A DNA stretch of 64,000 nt. Origin: a virus (lineage: Duplodnaviria > Heunggongvirae > Uroviricota > Caudoviricetes). The notes under the pieces were generated by a model that was given only the letters and a program-made list of their open reading frames with translations, was not told the DNA's origin and made no database searches. The position numbers were made by a program, and so were the translations under genes. The stretch lies in the IMG/VR virus record IMGVR_UViG_2695420423_000004. One strand, 5' to 3'. Of the stretch, positions 19,889 through 32,411 are shown piece after piece (the first letter of the stretch is position 1; every line of letters begins with the position of its first letter).

Positions 19889-20173
19889 CTAACTTACCTG
19901 AACCAGGCCGTCTCCGGACGCTACGGTAGATCCGCATGAAACAGGGTCACCAACGCATACGATCCCTTTACCATTGACGGTAAACCATGCCCTGGTTGAT
20001 ATAGCTTGCCCACCGTGCGTACTGTTTCCATCGGTATGCTGTGCATATTGCTTACCATCAACTAACACTTCGACTCCGTTGACTTTAAGTAGTGGTTCAC
20101 TCTCTACAGGAGGCCTGGATGGGAATCCTCCGTGCCCCGAACAAATGCTGTCTTTTGTTGCAATACTTGCCAC
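19889..20173 (-). CDS. small Gly/Cys-containing protein (hypothetical)
   Basis: 94-aa ORF. Confidence 0.4.
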   Translation of the reverse strand: MASIATKDSICSGHGGFPSRPPVESEPLLKVNGVEVLVDGKQYAQHTDGNSTHGGQAISTRAWFTVNGKGIVCVGDPVSCGSTVASGDGLVQVS

Positions 20174-20254
20174 GCCATCACCAATTATTTGCTCTGATTT
20201 TCGTTATTTTAACTTAAGTTATTTGTGGGCTGTATGGCGTTTACTTATTACAAA

Positions 20255-20271
20255 ATTGCTCTAATAAATAT
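20255..20271 (+). promoter_or_regulatory. C1 operator upstream of the uhr-hrdC-dmt operon
   Basis: attgctctaataaatat, 16 of 17 consensus match. Confidence 0.6.
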
Positions 20272-20342
20272 TGTTTTTTGTGTCGTATTTTCGGTACCAT
20301 TCAGCCATCGCCCTTCAATGGGCATTTGTTTGGAGTCGTCAG

Positions 20343-20627
20343 ATGCAGATGGAGCTAATAAGCCGCAAAGAGTTCGATAGCCGTGTAACCAGCGGTGAAC
20401 TCGACAACTTGCAGGCTATCAAGGTGAAAGAAGGCTTTTGCCTCATTGGGAATCAGAGCGGAACAAATCGCGTTTTTATGCTTCGCCGTACGGATTTGAA
20501 GCCATTTGTCTGGAAGAACGAAATTGGTCCCAGCTCATACGCTCAAACGAGGGGGTGCCACAACCTGGCCTTTTTCTACAAAGACGAGCTTTCTGTGGTT
20601 GATATTCAAGGGTTACAACATGTTTAA
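20343..20627 (+). CDS. small protein upstream of hrdC (uhr-like by position)
   Basis: Track ORF 20271..20627; ATG at 20343 with GGAG upstream, outside the operator. Confidence 0.45.
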   Translation: MQMELISRKEFDSRVTSGELDNLQAIKVKEGFCLIGNQSGTNRVFMLRRTDLKPFVWKNEIGPSSYAQTRGCHNLAFFYKDELSVVDIQGLQHV

Positions 20628-21525
20628 GCACTGGAAAAACATTACTATTTATAAACTTTCTCGTGAGGCGGATCTGACCGACTTAGAAGATAAAAAGAAA
20701 ATGATCCTTTTCACGCCATGCGGTAGTCAGGATATGGCCAAGTTCGGTTTTGTATCTCCATTTGGTGATAATTCCGAAGTTATCGCTATGCATGGAAATG
20801 GTTTTATCCTTGTTGAAGCAAAGCGCGAAACAAAAATTCTTCCCCCGCCGGTTATCCAGCGAGCTATTCAAGAAAAAATTGAAAAACTTGAGCAAGAACA
20901 AGCGCGTAAACTGAAGAAAACAGAGAAGGACTCCCTGAAAGACGAAGTTCTGCATTCTCTTCTGCCACGGGCTTTTTCAAAGTTTTCTGTTATCCAGGCG
21001 ATCTACGACGGTTCAACTAAACGTATCTATATCAATGCCAGCTCGCGGCAGGCAGAGGATATGCTCGCGCTTATGCGTAAATCTCTGGGTTCTCTTCCTG
21101 TTGTTCCCCTAAGTGTTGAAAATCCCATTGAATTAACGCTGACCGACTGGGTACGTGATGGTAGTGCTCCACAGGGATTTCAAATGGGGGATGCGGCAGA
21201 ACTTAAGGCAGTGCTTGAGGATGGCGGTATTGCCCGAGTGAAAAAGCAGGATTTGGGAAGCGATGAAATTTCCACACACCTGGAAGCTGGCAAGCTCGTT
21301 ACTAAGTTGGCACTCGACTGGCAGAACCGCATTAAATTTACACTGGACCATAACTTCAGCCTTACCAGCGTCAAATTTGCGGATGAATTGCTTGAGCAGA
21401 ACTCTGATATTGATAGTGAAGATGTTGCGCAGCGACTGGACGCAGATTTCTTCCTGTTGACCAGTGAAATTTCGTGCCTGGTTGATGCTCTGGTAAATGC
21501 CCTTGGTGGAGAGGCTAAGCAGTGA
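20620..21525 (+). CDS. hrdC: RdgC-like recombination-associated protein (HrdC)
   Basis: From ATG 20620: [16 protein letters not shown]...[14 protein letters not shown]..., clear similarity to the E. coli RdgC N-terminus; 301 aa. Confidence 0.8.
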   Translation: MFKHWKNITIYKLSREADLTDLEDKKKMILFTPCGSQDMAKFGFVSPFGDNSEVIAMHGNGFILVEAKRETKILPPPVIQRAIQEKIEKLEQEQARKLKKTEKDSLKDEVLHSLLPRAFSKFSVIQAIYDGSTKRIYINASSRQAEDMLALMRKSLGSLPVVPLSVENPIELTLTDWVRDGSAPQGFQMGDAAELKAVLEDGGIARVKKQDLGSDEISTHLEAGKLVTKLALDWQNRIKFTLDHNFSLTSVKFADELLEQNSDIDSEDVAQRLDADFFLLTSEISCLVDALVNALGGEAKQ

Positions 21526-23786
21526 AAGAGCTGTGCTATGGATCTGTTTGCAGTGGAATTGAAGCCGCGAGTATTGCCTGGGAACCGTTGGGTATGCGTC
21601 CGGCGTGGTTTGCTGAAATCGAGCCTTTTCCATCTGCCGTTCTTGCGCACCGCTGGCCCCATGTCGCCAACCTTGGCGACATGACAAAACTTGCCAAAAA
21701 AGTCCTGGCTGGGGAAATCGAATCCCCTGATGTGCTCGTCGGGGGTACGCCTTGTCAGGCATTCAGTATCGCGGGCTTACGTGGTGGGCTTGATGATGAA
21801 CGCGGCGCGCTAACTTTGAAGTATGTGGAGCTTGCAAATGCAATTGACGACAAACGGTCTGAGTCCTTCCTCAAACCGACAGTTATCGTCTGGGAAAATG
21901 TCCCAGGAGTCCTGTCATCGGCAGATAACGCCTTCGGATGTTTCCTTGCCGGATTGGCTGGAGAAGATGCGCCATTTGAACCAGGTGATCGACCTGAATC
22001 AGGAAAAAGTAACGCGTTCTGGCGGTGGGATGGCAAAACCGGTTGCCATGCTCCAAAGTGGCCGCAGTGTGGTTGTATTTATGGACCGCAGCGAAAGGTG
22101 GCCTGGAGAATCCTTGATGCCCAATACTTCGGAGTGGCACAACGACGCCGACGCGTGTTTGTTGTCGCAAGTGCTCGAACAGACTTCGATCCCGCAACGG
22201 TACTTTTTGAGTTCGAAGGCGTGCGCCGGAATATTGCGCCGAGCCGAAAAAAGAAGGAAATCGCTTCCGCCATTACTGCAAATGGCGCTGCAATCAGTGG
22301 CGAAAGCCTAAATCCATGCCTACACGCTGGCATGTCCCCCGGTATGAAATCGACGAAATCCGTAAACGGTTTCAGGATGGCGGCATTTGGGGAATATATT
22401 GACGATGAAACCGCATCGACAGTAAAGGCAAGAGACTTTAAAGATGCCACTGACCTTGCCGTTTTTAGCAGCACTGGAGCAGGTTTTTGGTCAGAAGGGC
22501 ATGGTACATTGCGGGCGCGTGAGCAAGAAAGCCATGAGCATCTTGTTACATTGGCTTTTCCTGAGCGTATGAGTGGTACACAACATGCAGCAACTAAGAA
22601 TACTTCACCATCTCTAATGGCTCAAAATCCAACTGCTGTTTGCTATGAAGTAAGAAACGAAGAAGTAGCTGTCCGCCGTCTTACCCCTGTCGAATGTGAG
22701 AGACTTCAAGGTTTTCCTGATGGGCATACATTGATCCCTACGGAAAAGCGTAAAAAAGTTAATTCAGATGAACTGGCATATCTGCACAATCACTATCCAG
22801 ATTTAAGCGAAGAAGAGGCCGCAATGCTTGCAGCTGACGGACCGCGTTACAAAGCGATCGGCAATAGTATGGCGATACCAGTAATGCGCTGGATTGGCGA
22901 TCGGATTGCCAAGGCTGCATGTCGGCAGAAGGAAGGGAGTGAAACAAAAGAGCGAAAAGTTAAACCAGCGGCAGAATTCGAACGGTCCATATTCAAATGG
23001 GCTGGTGGAAAATTTGGTGTTCTGGAACAAATCTTTCGCTATTTGCCAGAAGGGAAGCGCCTGATTGAACCTTTCGTTGGTGGCGGAGCTGTCTTCATGA
23101 ATGCCGGATACCAGGAAAATCTGCTAAATGATGTGAATGCTGACCTGATTAACTTTTACAAGACTCTGCAACGCGAGGCGCATTCACTTATCACTCTGGC
23201 ACATCGTTTCTTCCAGGACTACAACACGCAGGAAGGATACCTGGCAGTACGGAATGCGTTTAACAAACAAGTCTATGATGATTTACATCGCGCAGCGGCG
23301 TTTTTGTTCCTGAACCGACATTGTTTTAACGGATTGACGCGTTACAACCAAGCCGGTGAGTTCAATGTCGGTTATGGGAAGTATAAAACTCCGTATTTCC
23401 CATTGCAGGAGATGGAAGCCTTCCTTGGTGCGGAAGGGCGTTCTGAGTTTGTATGTGGTGATTTTGCTGCGGTGATTGAAGCTGCCGGAGAAGGAGATGT
23501 CATCTTTTGCGATCCGCCGTATGAACCGCTCCCAAATACAGAGGGATTCACGAACTATTCCGGTCATGACTTTAAGTTTGAAGAGCAAAAACGCCTGGCG
23601 TCTCTGTTGACGGATGCTCATCGCCGAGGTGCAAAGGTTCTCATTACTAACAGTGGCGCGCCAAACATCAGAGAACTTTATCAGGACAGTGGCTTCAGAG
23701 TGGAACCTCTTTTTGCCAGACGTTCTGTGTCTTGTAAGGGGGACACTCGAGGTGTTGCTCATGACGTTATAGCAATATTGCTCTAA
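21522..23786 (+). CDS. dmt: bifunctional DNA methyltransferase Dmt (C5-cytosine domain plus Dam-like N6-adenine domain)
   Basis: 754 aa, the size of P1 Dmt; N-terminal cytosine-MTase-like region, C-terminal DPPY motif (IFCDPPYEP). Confidence 0.85.
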   Translation: MKELCYGSVCSGIEAASIAWEPLGMRPAWFAEIEPFPSAVLAHRWPHVANLGDMTKLAKKVLAGEIESPDVLVGGTPCQAFSIAGLRGGLDDERGALTLKYVELANAIDDKRSESFLKPTVIVWENVPGVLSSADNAFGCFLAGLAGEDAPFEPGDRPESGKSNAFWRWDGKTGCHAPKWPQCGCIYGPQRKVAWRILDAQYFGVAQRRRRVFVVASARTDFDPATVLFEFEGVRRNIAPSRKKKEIASAITANGAAISGESLNPCLHAGMSPGMKSTKSVNGFRMAAFGEYIDDETASTVKARDFKDATDLAVFSSTGAGFWSEGHGTLRAREQESHEHLVTLAFPERMSGTQHAATKNTSPSLMAQNPTAVCYEVRNEEVAVRRLTPVECERLQGFPDGHTLIPTEKRKKVNSDELAYLHNHYPDLSEEEAAMLAADGPRYKAIGNSMAIPVMRWIGDRIAKAACRQKEGSETKERKVKPAAEFERSIFKWAGGKFGVLEQIFRYLPEGKRLIEPFVGGGAVFMNAGYQENLLNDVNADLINFYKTLQREAHSLITLAHRFFQDYNTQEGYLAVRNAFNKQVYDDLHRAAAFLFLNRHCFNGLTRYNQAGEFNVGYGKYKTPYFPLQEMEAFLGAEGRSEFVCGDFAAVIEAAGEGDVIFCDPPYEPLPNTEGFTNYSGHDFKFEEQKRLASLLTDAHRRGAKVLITNSGAPNIRELYQDSGFRVEPLFARRSVSCKGDTRGVAHDVIAILL

Positions 23787-23793
23787 TAAATTT
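23777..23793 (+). promoter_or_regulatory. C1 operator (perfect consensus) overlapping the dmt stop; part of a palindrome
   Basis: attgctctaataaattt, 17 of 17; embedded in the 16-bp palindrome ctaataaatttattag. Confidence 0.65.
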
Positions 23794-23970
23794 ATTAGTG
23801 TAATATCGCCTCAATGAATCGTGATTTATAGAGCGATTTAGCTGTTAGCCGCGACAGGCGCGGCGGCAAGTATGGCGGGGTAGTGACTCCTTCCCCCTCA
23901 TGACGCCGAGTTGCCAGGTTGACCATACGCCTAAGTGGCAACACCGAAGTGCGTTACGAGCTTCCAGTTT

Positions 23971-23996
23971 GCCCATCTTCGGGTGGGCGTTTTTTT
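23971..23996 (+). terminator. intrinsic terminator after dmt
   Basis: gcccatc-ttcg-ggtgggc hairpin followed by T7. Confidence 0.6.
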
Positions 23997-24461
23997 CAGG
24001 GTTTTCGTCATGGTTAGCGACTTTGCGGCGGTTTAGAAACTGACCATTAAAGTAAATGCAAACGATGATCTGATGATGGTAGCGGCCTAAGAAGCCAGAC
24101 GCCACGGGGTATGAGTCGTCCCCCGTCAAAAAATCGACCGCAGAGTGTCCCCGTCTGTGTATTAGGGAACGGGGAGGCACAACAGGTAAGGGCGCTGGTG
24201 TGATTAACCAGATGAACGAGAAGGGGCCATCTGTTGGTCAGCGTCCTTTCCTGTTGCGTCTTCTTTTCAGCGTAACAGCGGTGCTTAACAGCACTTTGGG
24301 TACAGTTCCACGAATTTACGGGTATATCCCGTCATGCTGAAAGCGCTAATCACGCTGGAAGCCAGGGTTATGCATCCCCTGTTACCGAATTGCAGCCAGG
24401 GCGCGGTGCGCCGAAAAGCATACGGAGGTGGAAGCCCTCGCCGGAGACGTACCCGGCAAGT

Positions 24462-24536
24462 GATGGTGTAGCTCAGCGGTAGAGCAGTTGGCTGTTAACC
24501 AACTGGTCGGTGGTTCGAATCCACCCACCATCGCCA
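24462..24536 (+). tRNA. trnA: tRNA-Asn (anticodon GTT)
   Basis: Hand-folded cloverleaf: acceptor gatggtg/caccatc, anticodon loop ctGTTaa, T-loop ttcgaat, encoded CCA. Confidence 0.8.
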
Positions 24537-24541
24537 CTTTA

Positions 24542-24628
24542 GGGGAGTTAGTCCGTAGGGGTAGCGGGGTAGACTGTAAATCTACTGTCATTGCGACTCG
24601 GGTGGTTCGACTCCATCACTCCCCACCA
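24542..24628 (+). tRNA. tRNA-like gene with long variable arm, anticodon GTA (Tyr-like)
   Basis: Acceptor ggggagt/actcccc, anticodon stem-loop gtaga-ctGTAaa-tctac nearly identical to E. coli tRNA-Tyr, T-loop ttcgact, CCA; the D-arm is atypical. Confidence 0.5.
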
Positions 24629-24632
24629 AATT

Positions 24633-24708
24633 GCCGATTTAGCTCAGTTGGTAGAGCAGTCGCTTTGTAAGCGAATGGTCAGCGGTTCGATCCCGTTAAT
24701 CGGCACCA
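24633..24708 (+). tRNA. trnT: tRNA-Thr (anticodon TGT)
   Basis: Acceptor gccgatt/aatcggc, anticodon loop ttTGTaa, T-loop ttcgatc, CCA. Confidence 0.8.
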
Positions 24709-25290
24709 ACATAACAGGTAAGAGCATTCTCCCTTATGGGGCCTGGCTTAAATGCATCGAGTGCTCTTACCGTTGTGATGAAGTGCAGCTCTTTGAAGCA
24801 ACCAGAAGATAAGCATCTGGCTTCACAACATAAACCGCAGGAACGACCAATAAACGGTAGTCCGTATGGAGAACACCCCGTTGAGGAAGAGGCCTGGCCG
24901 GAACCGTAACCGGCACTACAACGTTGAGAACACTGGCGTAACGGGGTCATATCCCAATCTACGAATAAATGTTGCGTTGCAGCGTGACAACCAGTGTTCT
25001 CAACATTGTGGTGAATGCACAGGCTGATGTGCCGCAACTACAGTAGTGCGCGCTTTGCGGGGCTTGCTACAACCCTGTGTCGGAGTTCAGCACCGACCAT
25101 CACAGTTTGATTCTCTGGCATGAGCATAACGCTGAAATAAGTCCAGCCTGGTGCGGCCCGATCACCCGCCGTTAGCTCCACGAAACGGAGCACGTAACAG
25201 GTAAGAGCATTCTCCTGTAACGGGTTCATATCCCAATCTACAGGTCCACCAAGAATGCTCTTTCCGTTGCGGTGAATGCGGCTAAGCGCA
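24709..25290 (+). repeat. non-coding region with duplicated hairpin-forming modules
   Basis: Exact 20-mer aacaggtaagagcattctcc at 24713 and 25196 (partial third copy at 24181); 24-mer taacgggg(t)tcatatcccaatctac at 24939 and 25218; several inverted repeats. Confidence 0.4.
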
Positions 25291-25421
25291 CGCGGGGAAA
25301 TGGTTATATCAGTCCATTCATTTCTCCTTGTTTCCCCGTCCACGGTGGATAACCAGCCAAAGGACACCGGGAGGCACCCGGCACCGCAGCTTTTTTATTC
25401 GTTAAATAATGGAGTGAGAGG

Positions 25422-25658
25422 ATGCAGAACAATCCGAACAAATGTCGAACGCTATGGGTGCGGTTATATATTTATGCCGTCCTCTGTTTGATTGTGTCAC
25501 TGGTTCTGTATGTTTGGCTTTTGCCAAATATGATCTCATCTAACAGCACAATACTTGTATTGTTGGGAGTCCTTCTCGCGCTCATTTACCCGGCTTTCGC
25601 AGTAGTCTTTTTTCGTGAAAAAACCAGGAAATTAATTAATGAAAAAAACGTTGATTAG
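25422..25658 (+). CDS. small membrane protein upstream of plp (upl-like by position)
   Basis: 78 aa with two hydrophobic segments. Confidence 0.45.
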   Translation: MQNNPNKCRTLWVRLYIYAVLCLIVSLVLYVWLLPNMISSNSTILVLLGVLLALIYPAFAVVFFREKTRKLINEKNVD

Positions 25659-26466
25659 TGCAGCGATTATTTTGGGTTCTTTATGTCTGACCGGATGCGA
25701 TCGGGTAGAGCCAGGTAACGTAGGGATCAAAGTAAATAAGCTGGGGGATGATAAAGGTATCGGTGAAGTAGTTGGTGTTGGTCGCTACTGGACAGGCTTG
25801 AATACTGAAGTTTATATCTTCCCGACCTTTAAGCAAATGAAGACATACGATGAGCCGTTCAGCTTCCAGATGAGCGACGGAACAACCATTGGTTACCACA
25901 TCGGCGTAGCCTACAAGGTTGATCCAGCAAAAGTCACAACGGTATTTCAGACCTATCGCAAAGGTGTAGATGATATTACTGATACCGATCTACGCCAGAA
26001 GGTTGCAGATGCTCTGAACCGGTTAGCCAGCAAAATGACCACCGACAAATTTATCGACGGTGGCAAATCTGAATTGCTTGATGCAGCCCTTAAAGACATT
26101 CAGGAAGAAATGACGCCAATCGGCATTCAGGTGATGAGCCTCTCTTATGTAGGTAAGCCAGAATACCCGCCAACAGTTATTGACAGTATTAACGCCAAAG
26201 TCACGGCAAACCAAAAAACCCTGCAACGCGAGCAAGAGGTCAAACAACGTGAAGCAGAGGCCAACATGCTGCGCGCGGAAGCTGCCGGACAGGCTGATGC
26301 TATTCGCACAAAAGCCCAGGCCGAAGCTGATGCCATTCGTTTACGTGGTGAAGCTCTGCGCCAGAACCCCGGTGTTATGGAGTTGGAAGCGATCAACAAA
26401 TGGAACGGTACATTACCGCAGTATATGACCAGTAATACCGCTGTTCCGTTTGTTCCGGTGAAATAA
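25639..26466 (+). CDS. plp: lipoprotein with SPFH/band-7-like domain (Plp-like)
   Basis: 275 aa; lipobox LCLTGC; coiled-coil Ala/Glu-rich C-terminal region. Confidence 0.65.
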   Translation: MKKTLISAAIILGSLCLTGCDRVEPGNVGIKVNKLGDDKGIGEVVGVGRYWTGLNTEVYIFPTFKQMKTYDEPFSFQMSDGTTIGYHIGVAYKVDPAKVTTVFQTYRKGVDDITDTDLRQKVADALNRLASKMTTDKFIDGGKSELLDAALKDIQEEMTPIGIQVMSLSYVGKPEYPPTVIDSINAKVTANQKTLQREQEVKQREAEANMLRAEAAGQADAIRTKAQAEADAIRLRGEALRQNPGVMELEAINKWNGTLPQYMTSNTAVPFVPVK

Positions 26467-26493
26467 AAGCGTAAGCAAAATTGGCAGTAATCC

Positions 26494-26569
26494 GGCCCTT
26501 TAGCTCAGTGGTTAGAGCTGGCGACTCATAATCGCACGGTCACCGGTTCAAGTCCGGTAGGGGCCACCA
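26494..26569 (+). tRNA. trnI: tRNA-Ile2 (anticodon CAT, lysidine type)
   Basis: Near-identical to E. coli ileX over the whole length; anticodon loop ctCATaa, CCA. Confidence 0.8.
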
Positions 26570-26849
26570 TATTTGGTTGTAACACGGCGTCTGGCACATG
26601 CGTCGTTAGCGGTCTGGTGACGTTAAAAGGGGGGAACCTTGCCCCTAGCTCAGGCAACGAACCAGGTAGCCGGAATGTGCAAGCCACCGTTTGTTGTTTC
26701 TCGGGTAAAGGGATTCACCATCCTGGCGATTCGGTGTGACAGCCGGGAAGAGTCCGGCGCATTAATCCTAATTTTCTGGTGATGACTCATATCGTTAGGA
26801 GTGATTTGAGTATGCCGATTATATCTGACATTCAGCACGCCTGGGTGGA

Positions 26850-28220
26850 GTGCTAATGTCTGCATCCCCTCTTGAATCCATGCCAAATTCCCTTAGTGCA
26901 GAACAAGCTGTACTTGGTGGCTTAATGCTTGATAACTGCCGCTGGGATGAAGTTGCAGATCGTATAGTTGCTGATGATTTTTATACCAGTGCTCATCGTG
27001 AAATTTTCAGTGAGATGGAGAGGTTATTAAGTCATGGCAAACCGATTGATTTGATAACACTTGCTGAAGCACTTGAACAGAACGGTAAATTAGAACGCGC
27101 CGGTGGTTTTGCGTACCTTGCGGAGATGTCAAAGAACACGCCCAGCGCGGCAAATATTTGTGCTTATGCGGATATCGTTCGTGAACGCGCGGTTGTTCGT
27201 GAAATGATTTCCGTCGCAAATGAAATAGCCGAAGCTGGATATGCGCAGGATGGCAGGGGCAGCAATGAATTGCTGGATATGGCCGAGCGCCGCGTTTTTG
27301 AAATAGCTGAAAAACGACAAAAGAGCGGTAGTGGTCCAAAAGATATCGCCAGCATTCTCGATGCAACGGTATCTCGCATAGAAGAGTTGTTTCAGCGACC
27401 ACATGATGGTGTAACGGGGCTTGATACGGGATTTACCGATCTCAATAAGAAGACGGCAGGGCTTCAGCCGTCCGAACTCATCATTGTCGCCGCCCGCCCA
27501 TCTATGGGGAAGACCACGTTTGCGATGAATCTCGTCGAAAATGCCGCAGTTCGTAACGATAAGCCCGTATTGGTTTTTAGCCTTGAGATGCCGAGCCACC
27601 AGCTGATGATGCGCTCACTGGCTTCTCTTGCACGCGTTGATCAGACTCGTATTCGGACAGGGCAACTTAACGACGAGGATTGGGCGCGGGTTTCTGGCGC
27701 AATGGGTATTCTGTTGGACAAGCAGAATATTTTTATTGATGACTCAAGCGCCCTGACGCCGACAGAGCTACGTTCCCGCGCTCGTCGTGTTTATAAAGAA
27801 AATGGTGGTTTGAGCATGATTATGATCGACTACCTGCAACTTATGCGCGTCCCCGAGCTGCAAGATAACCGAACGCTGGAAATTGCCGAGATTTCTCGCT
27901 CACTGAAGGCGTTGGCGAAGGAATTACAAGTACCGGTGGTGGCATTGTCACAACTTAATCGATCGCTTGAACAGCGTGCGGACAAACGACCGGTAAATTC
28001 AGATTTACGTGAATCAGGAGCAATTGAGCAGGACGCAGACCTGATTATGTTTCTGTATCGCGACGAAGTTTATCACCCGGATAGCGAAATGAAGGGCATT
28101 GCCGAGGTAATTATCGGAAAGCAACGAAATGGCCCAATTGGCACGGTGAGATTGGCTTTTAACGGCCAATACTCACGGTTTGATAACTATGCCGGTGCTG
28201 ACTGGCAAGAGGATTATTAA
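26850..28220 (+). CDS. ban: Ban, DnaB-family replicative helicase
   Basis: 456 aa, collinear with E. coli DnaB; Walker A ARPSMGKTTF. Confidence 0.9.
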   Translation: MLMSASPLESMPNSLSAEQAVLGGLMLDNCRWDEVADRIVADDFYTSAHREIFSEMERLLSHGKPIDLITLAEALEQNGKLERAGGFAYLAEMSKNTPSAANICAYADIVRERAVVREMISVANEIAEAGYAQDGRGSNELLDMAERRVFEIAEKRQKSGSGPKDIASILDATVSRIEELFQRPHDGVTGLDTGFTDLNKKTAGLQPSELIIVAARPSMGKTTFAMNLVENAAVRNDKPVLVFSLEMPSHQLMMRSLASLARVDQTRIRTGQLNDEDWARVSGAMGILLDKQNIFIDDSSALTPTELRSRARRVYKENGGLSMIMIDYLQLMRVPELQDNRTLEIAEISRSLKALAKELQVPVVALSQLNRSLEQRADKRPVNSDLRESGAIEQDADLIMFLYRDEVYHPDSEMKGIAEVIIGKQRNGPIGTVRLAFNGQYSRFDNYAGADWQEDY

Positions 28221-29218
28221 TGCAATGGAATGAGGAAAAGCCGATGAACATCCTGATCATTGGGCGAAAATTTGCAGCCATCAGTGATGTGAAAACATAT
28301 ACGGAGATGTGGTCTTATAACCTGGCCTGCGCCTTTAGTGAGGCAGGGGTAACATTGCAATACCATCGTCCATATTCCCCTGGCGTCGAAAGCCCCGAGG
28401 ATTATGTTGAAGCTGTGTTGACTGCTGCGACAGCATGTTCTGCGAAGGCCATTTTGGCACCAGGATTGAGGTATTTTACTACGGTACCCAGGGAAATAGG
28501 CATGCAACTGTGTCGCCGATTCTCTGGATGGGTAGCCCAGGTATATGACGGTTCTATGCTGGATTCGGCACCAGTCGATATTACTTTTACTGTCCGCGAT
28601 GATACCTGGCGGTACCTGGATAATCCCGGTCGGTTAGAACGTCATAATCGCTTTAACAAACATGTTGGATGGGCAGCGAATCAGGAGCTGTTCCATCTGG
28701 AAACCAAAACGGACGATGTTCTGCGTATTTTTGTAGACCACGCTGCATTTGATGTTAGTGGTTTTGATCACTCCTTAAGTATCCTTATGAACCTTCAGCG
28801 TCTGACCGTTCCGTATGAGGCCAGAACGTTGACTGATGACGGATTGGTTACCATTGATCCGGGGAATATTTCGGTAACTCCATACAGGCGGACGCCGGTG
28901 CCAGCAACCGAATTTGCAGCTGAATTGCGTAAGAGTGACGTTTTTATCGTTACGCATCCCGAAAGCCTTGGATTAACTGTTCTTGAGGCGGCAATGTGCG
29001 GGGCGTTGGTATTAACGCCTCCCGATTGCCTTCCGCCAGATCGCCTGGCTTTGGTGAACCATATGGTTATCAAGTCGCGGATTGATTGGGATGAGGTTAT
29101 TGCTCGCGTTGATCGCGTGAAAAATGCTGAAAAGGTCCAGTGTCACACCTGGTCGGCAATTGCGGAAAAGATGCTTGAGACGTTTATCACGCAGAAACCG
29201 TCGCGCGGTAACGGATAA
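28220..29218 (+). CDS. glycosyltransferase-like protein downstream of ban
   Basis: 332 aa; C-terminal THPESLGLTVLEAAMCGALVL resembles the GT-B (GT4-like) sugar-donor motif. Confidence 0.5.
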   Translation: MQWNEEKPMNILIIGRKFAAISDVKTYTEMWSYNLACAFSEAGVTLQYHRPYSPGVESPEDYVEAVLTAATACSAKAILAPGLRYFTTVPREIGMQLCRRFSGWVAQVYDGSMLDSAPVDITFTVRDDTWRYLDNPGRLERHNRFNKHVGWAANQELFHLETKTDDVLRIFVDHAAFDVSGFDHSLSILMNLQRLTVPYEARTLTDDGLVTIDPGNISVTPYRRTPVPATEFAAELRKSDVFIVTHPESLGLTVLEAAMCGALVLTPPDCLPPDRLALVNHMVIKSRIDWDEVIARVDRVKNAEKVQCHTWSAIAEKMLETFITQKPSRGNG

Positions 29219-29240
29219 AAAATTGAACCCGTCATAACAG

Positions 29241-29263
29241 AAAAGCCCGAACGCCGGGCTTTT
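29241..29263. terminator. bidirectional intrinsic terminator between convergent operons
   Basis: A4-gcccg-aacgc-cgggc-T4. Confidence 0.55.
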
Positions 29264-29264
29264 C

Positions 29265-32411
<3,147 letters not shown>

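Noticed and set aside
21133-22474. Antisense ORFs inside dmt (for example 21133..21762 and 22079..22474 on the minus strand)
   Set aside because: Fully embedded antisense to a well-supported 754-aa methyltransferase gene; typical shadow ORFs.
24696-25367. Two minus-strand ORFs (113 and 109 aa) sharing VDWDM.PL...ENALTCYV segments
   Set aside because: The shared segments are the translation of the duplicated non-coding modules; no ribosome-binding sites and they run into the tRNA cluster.
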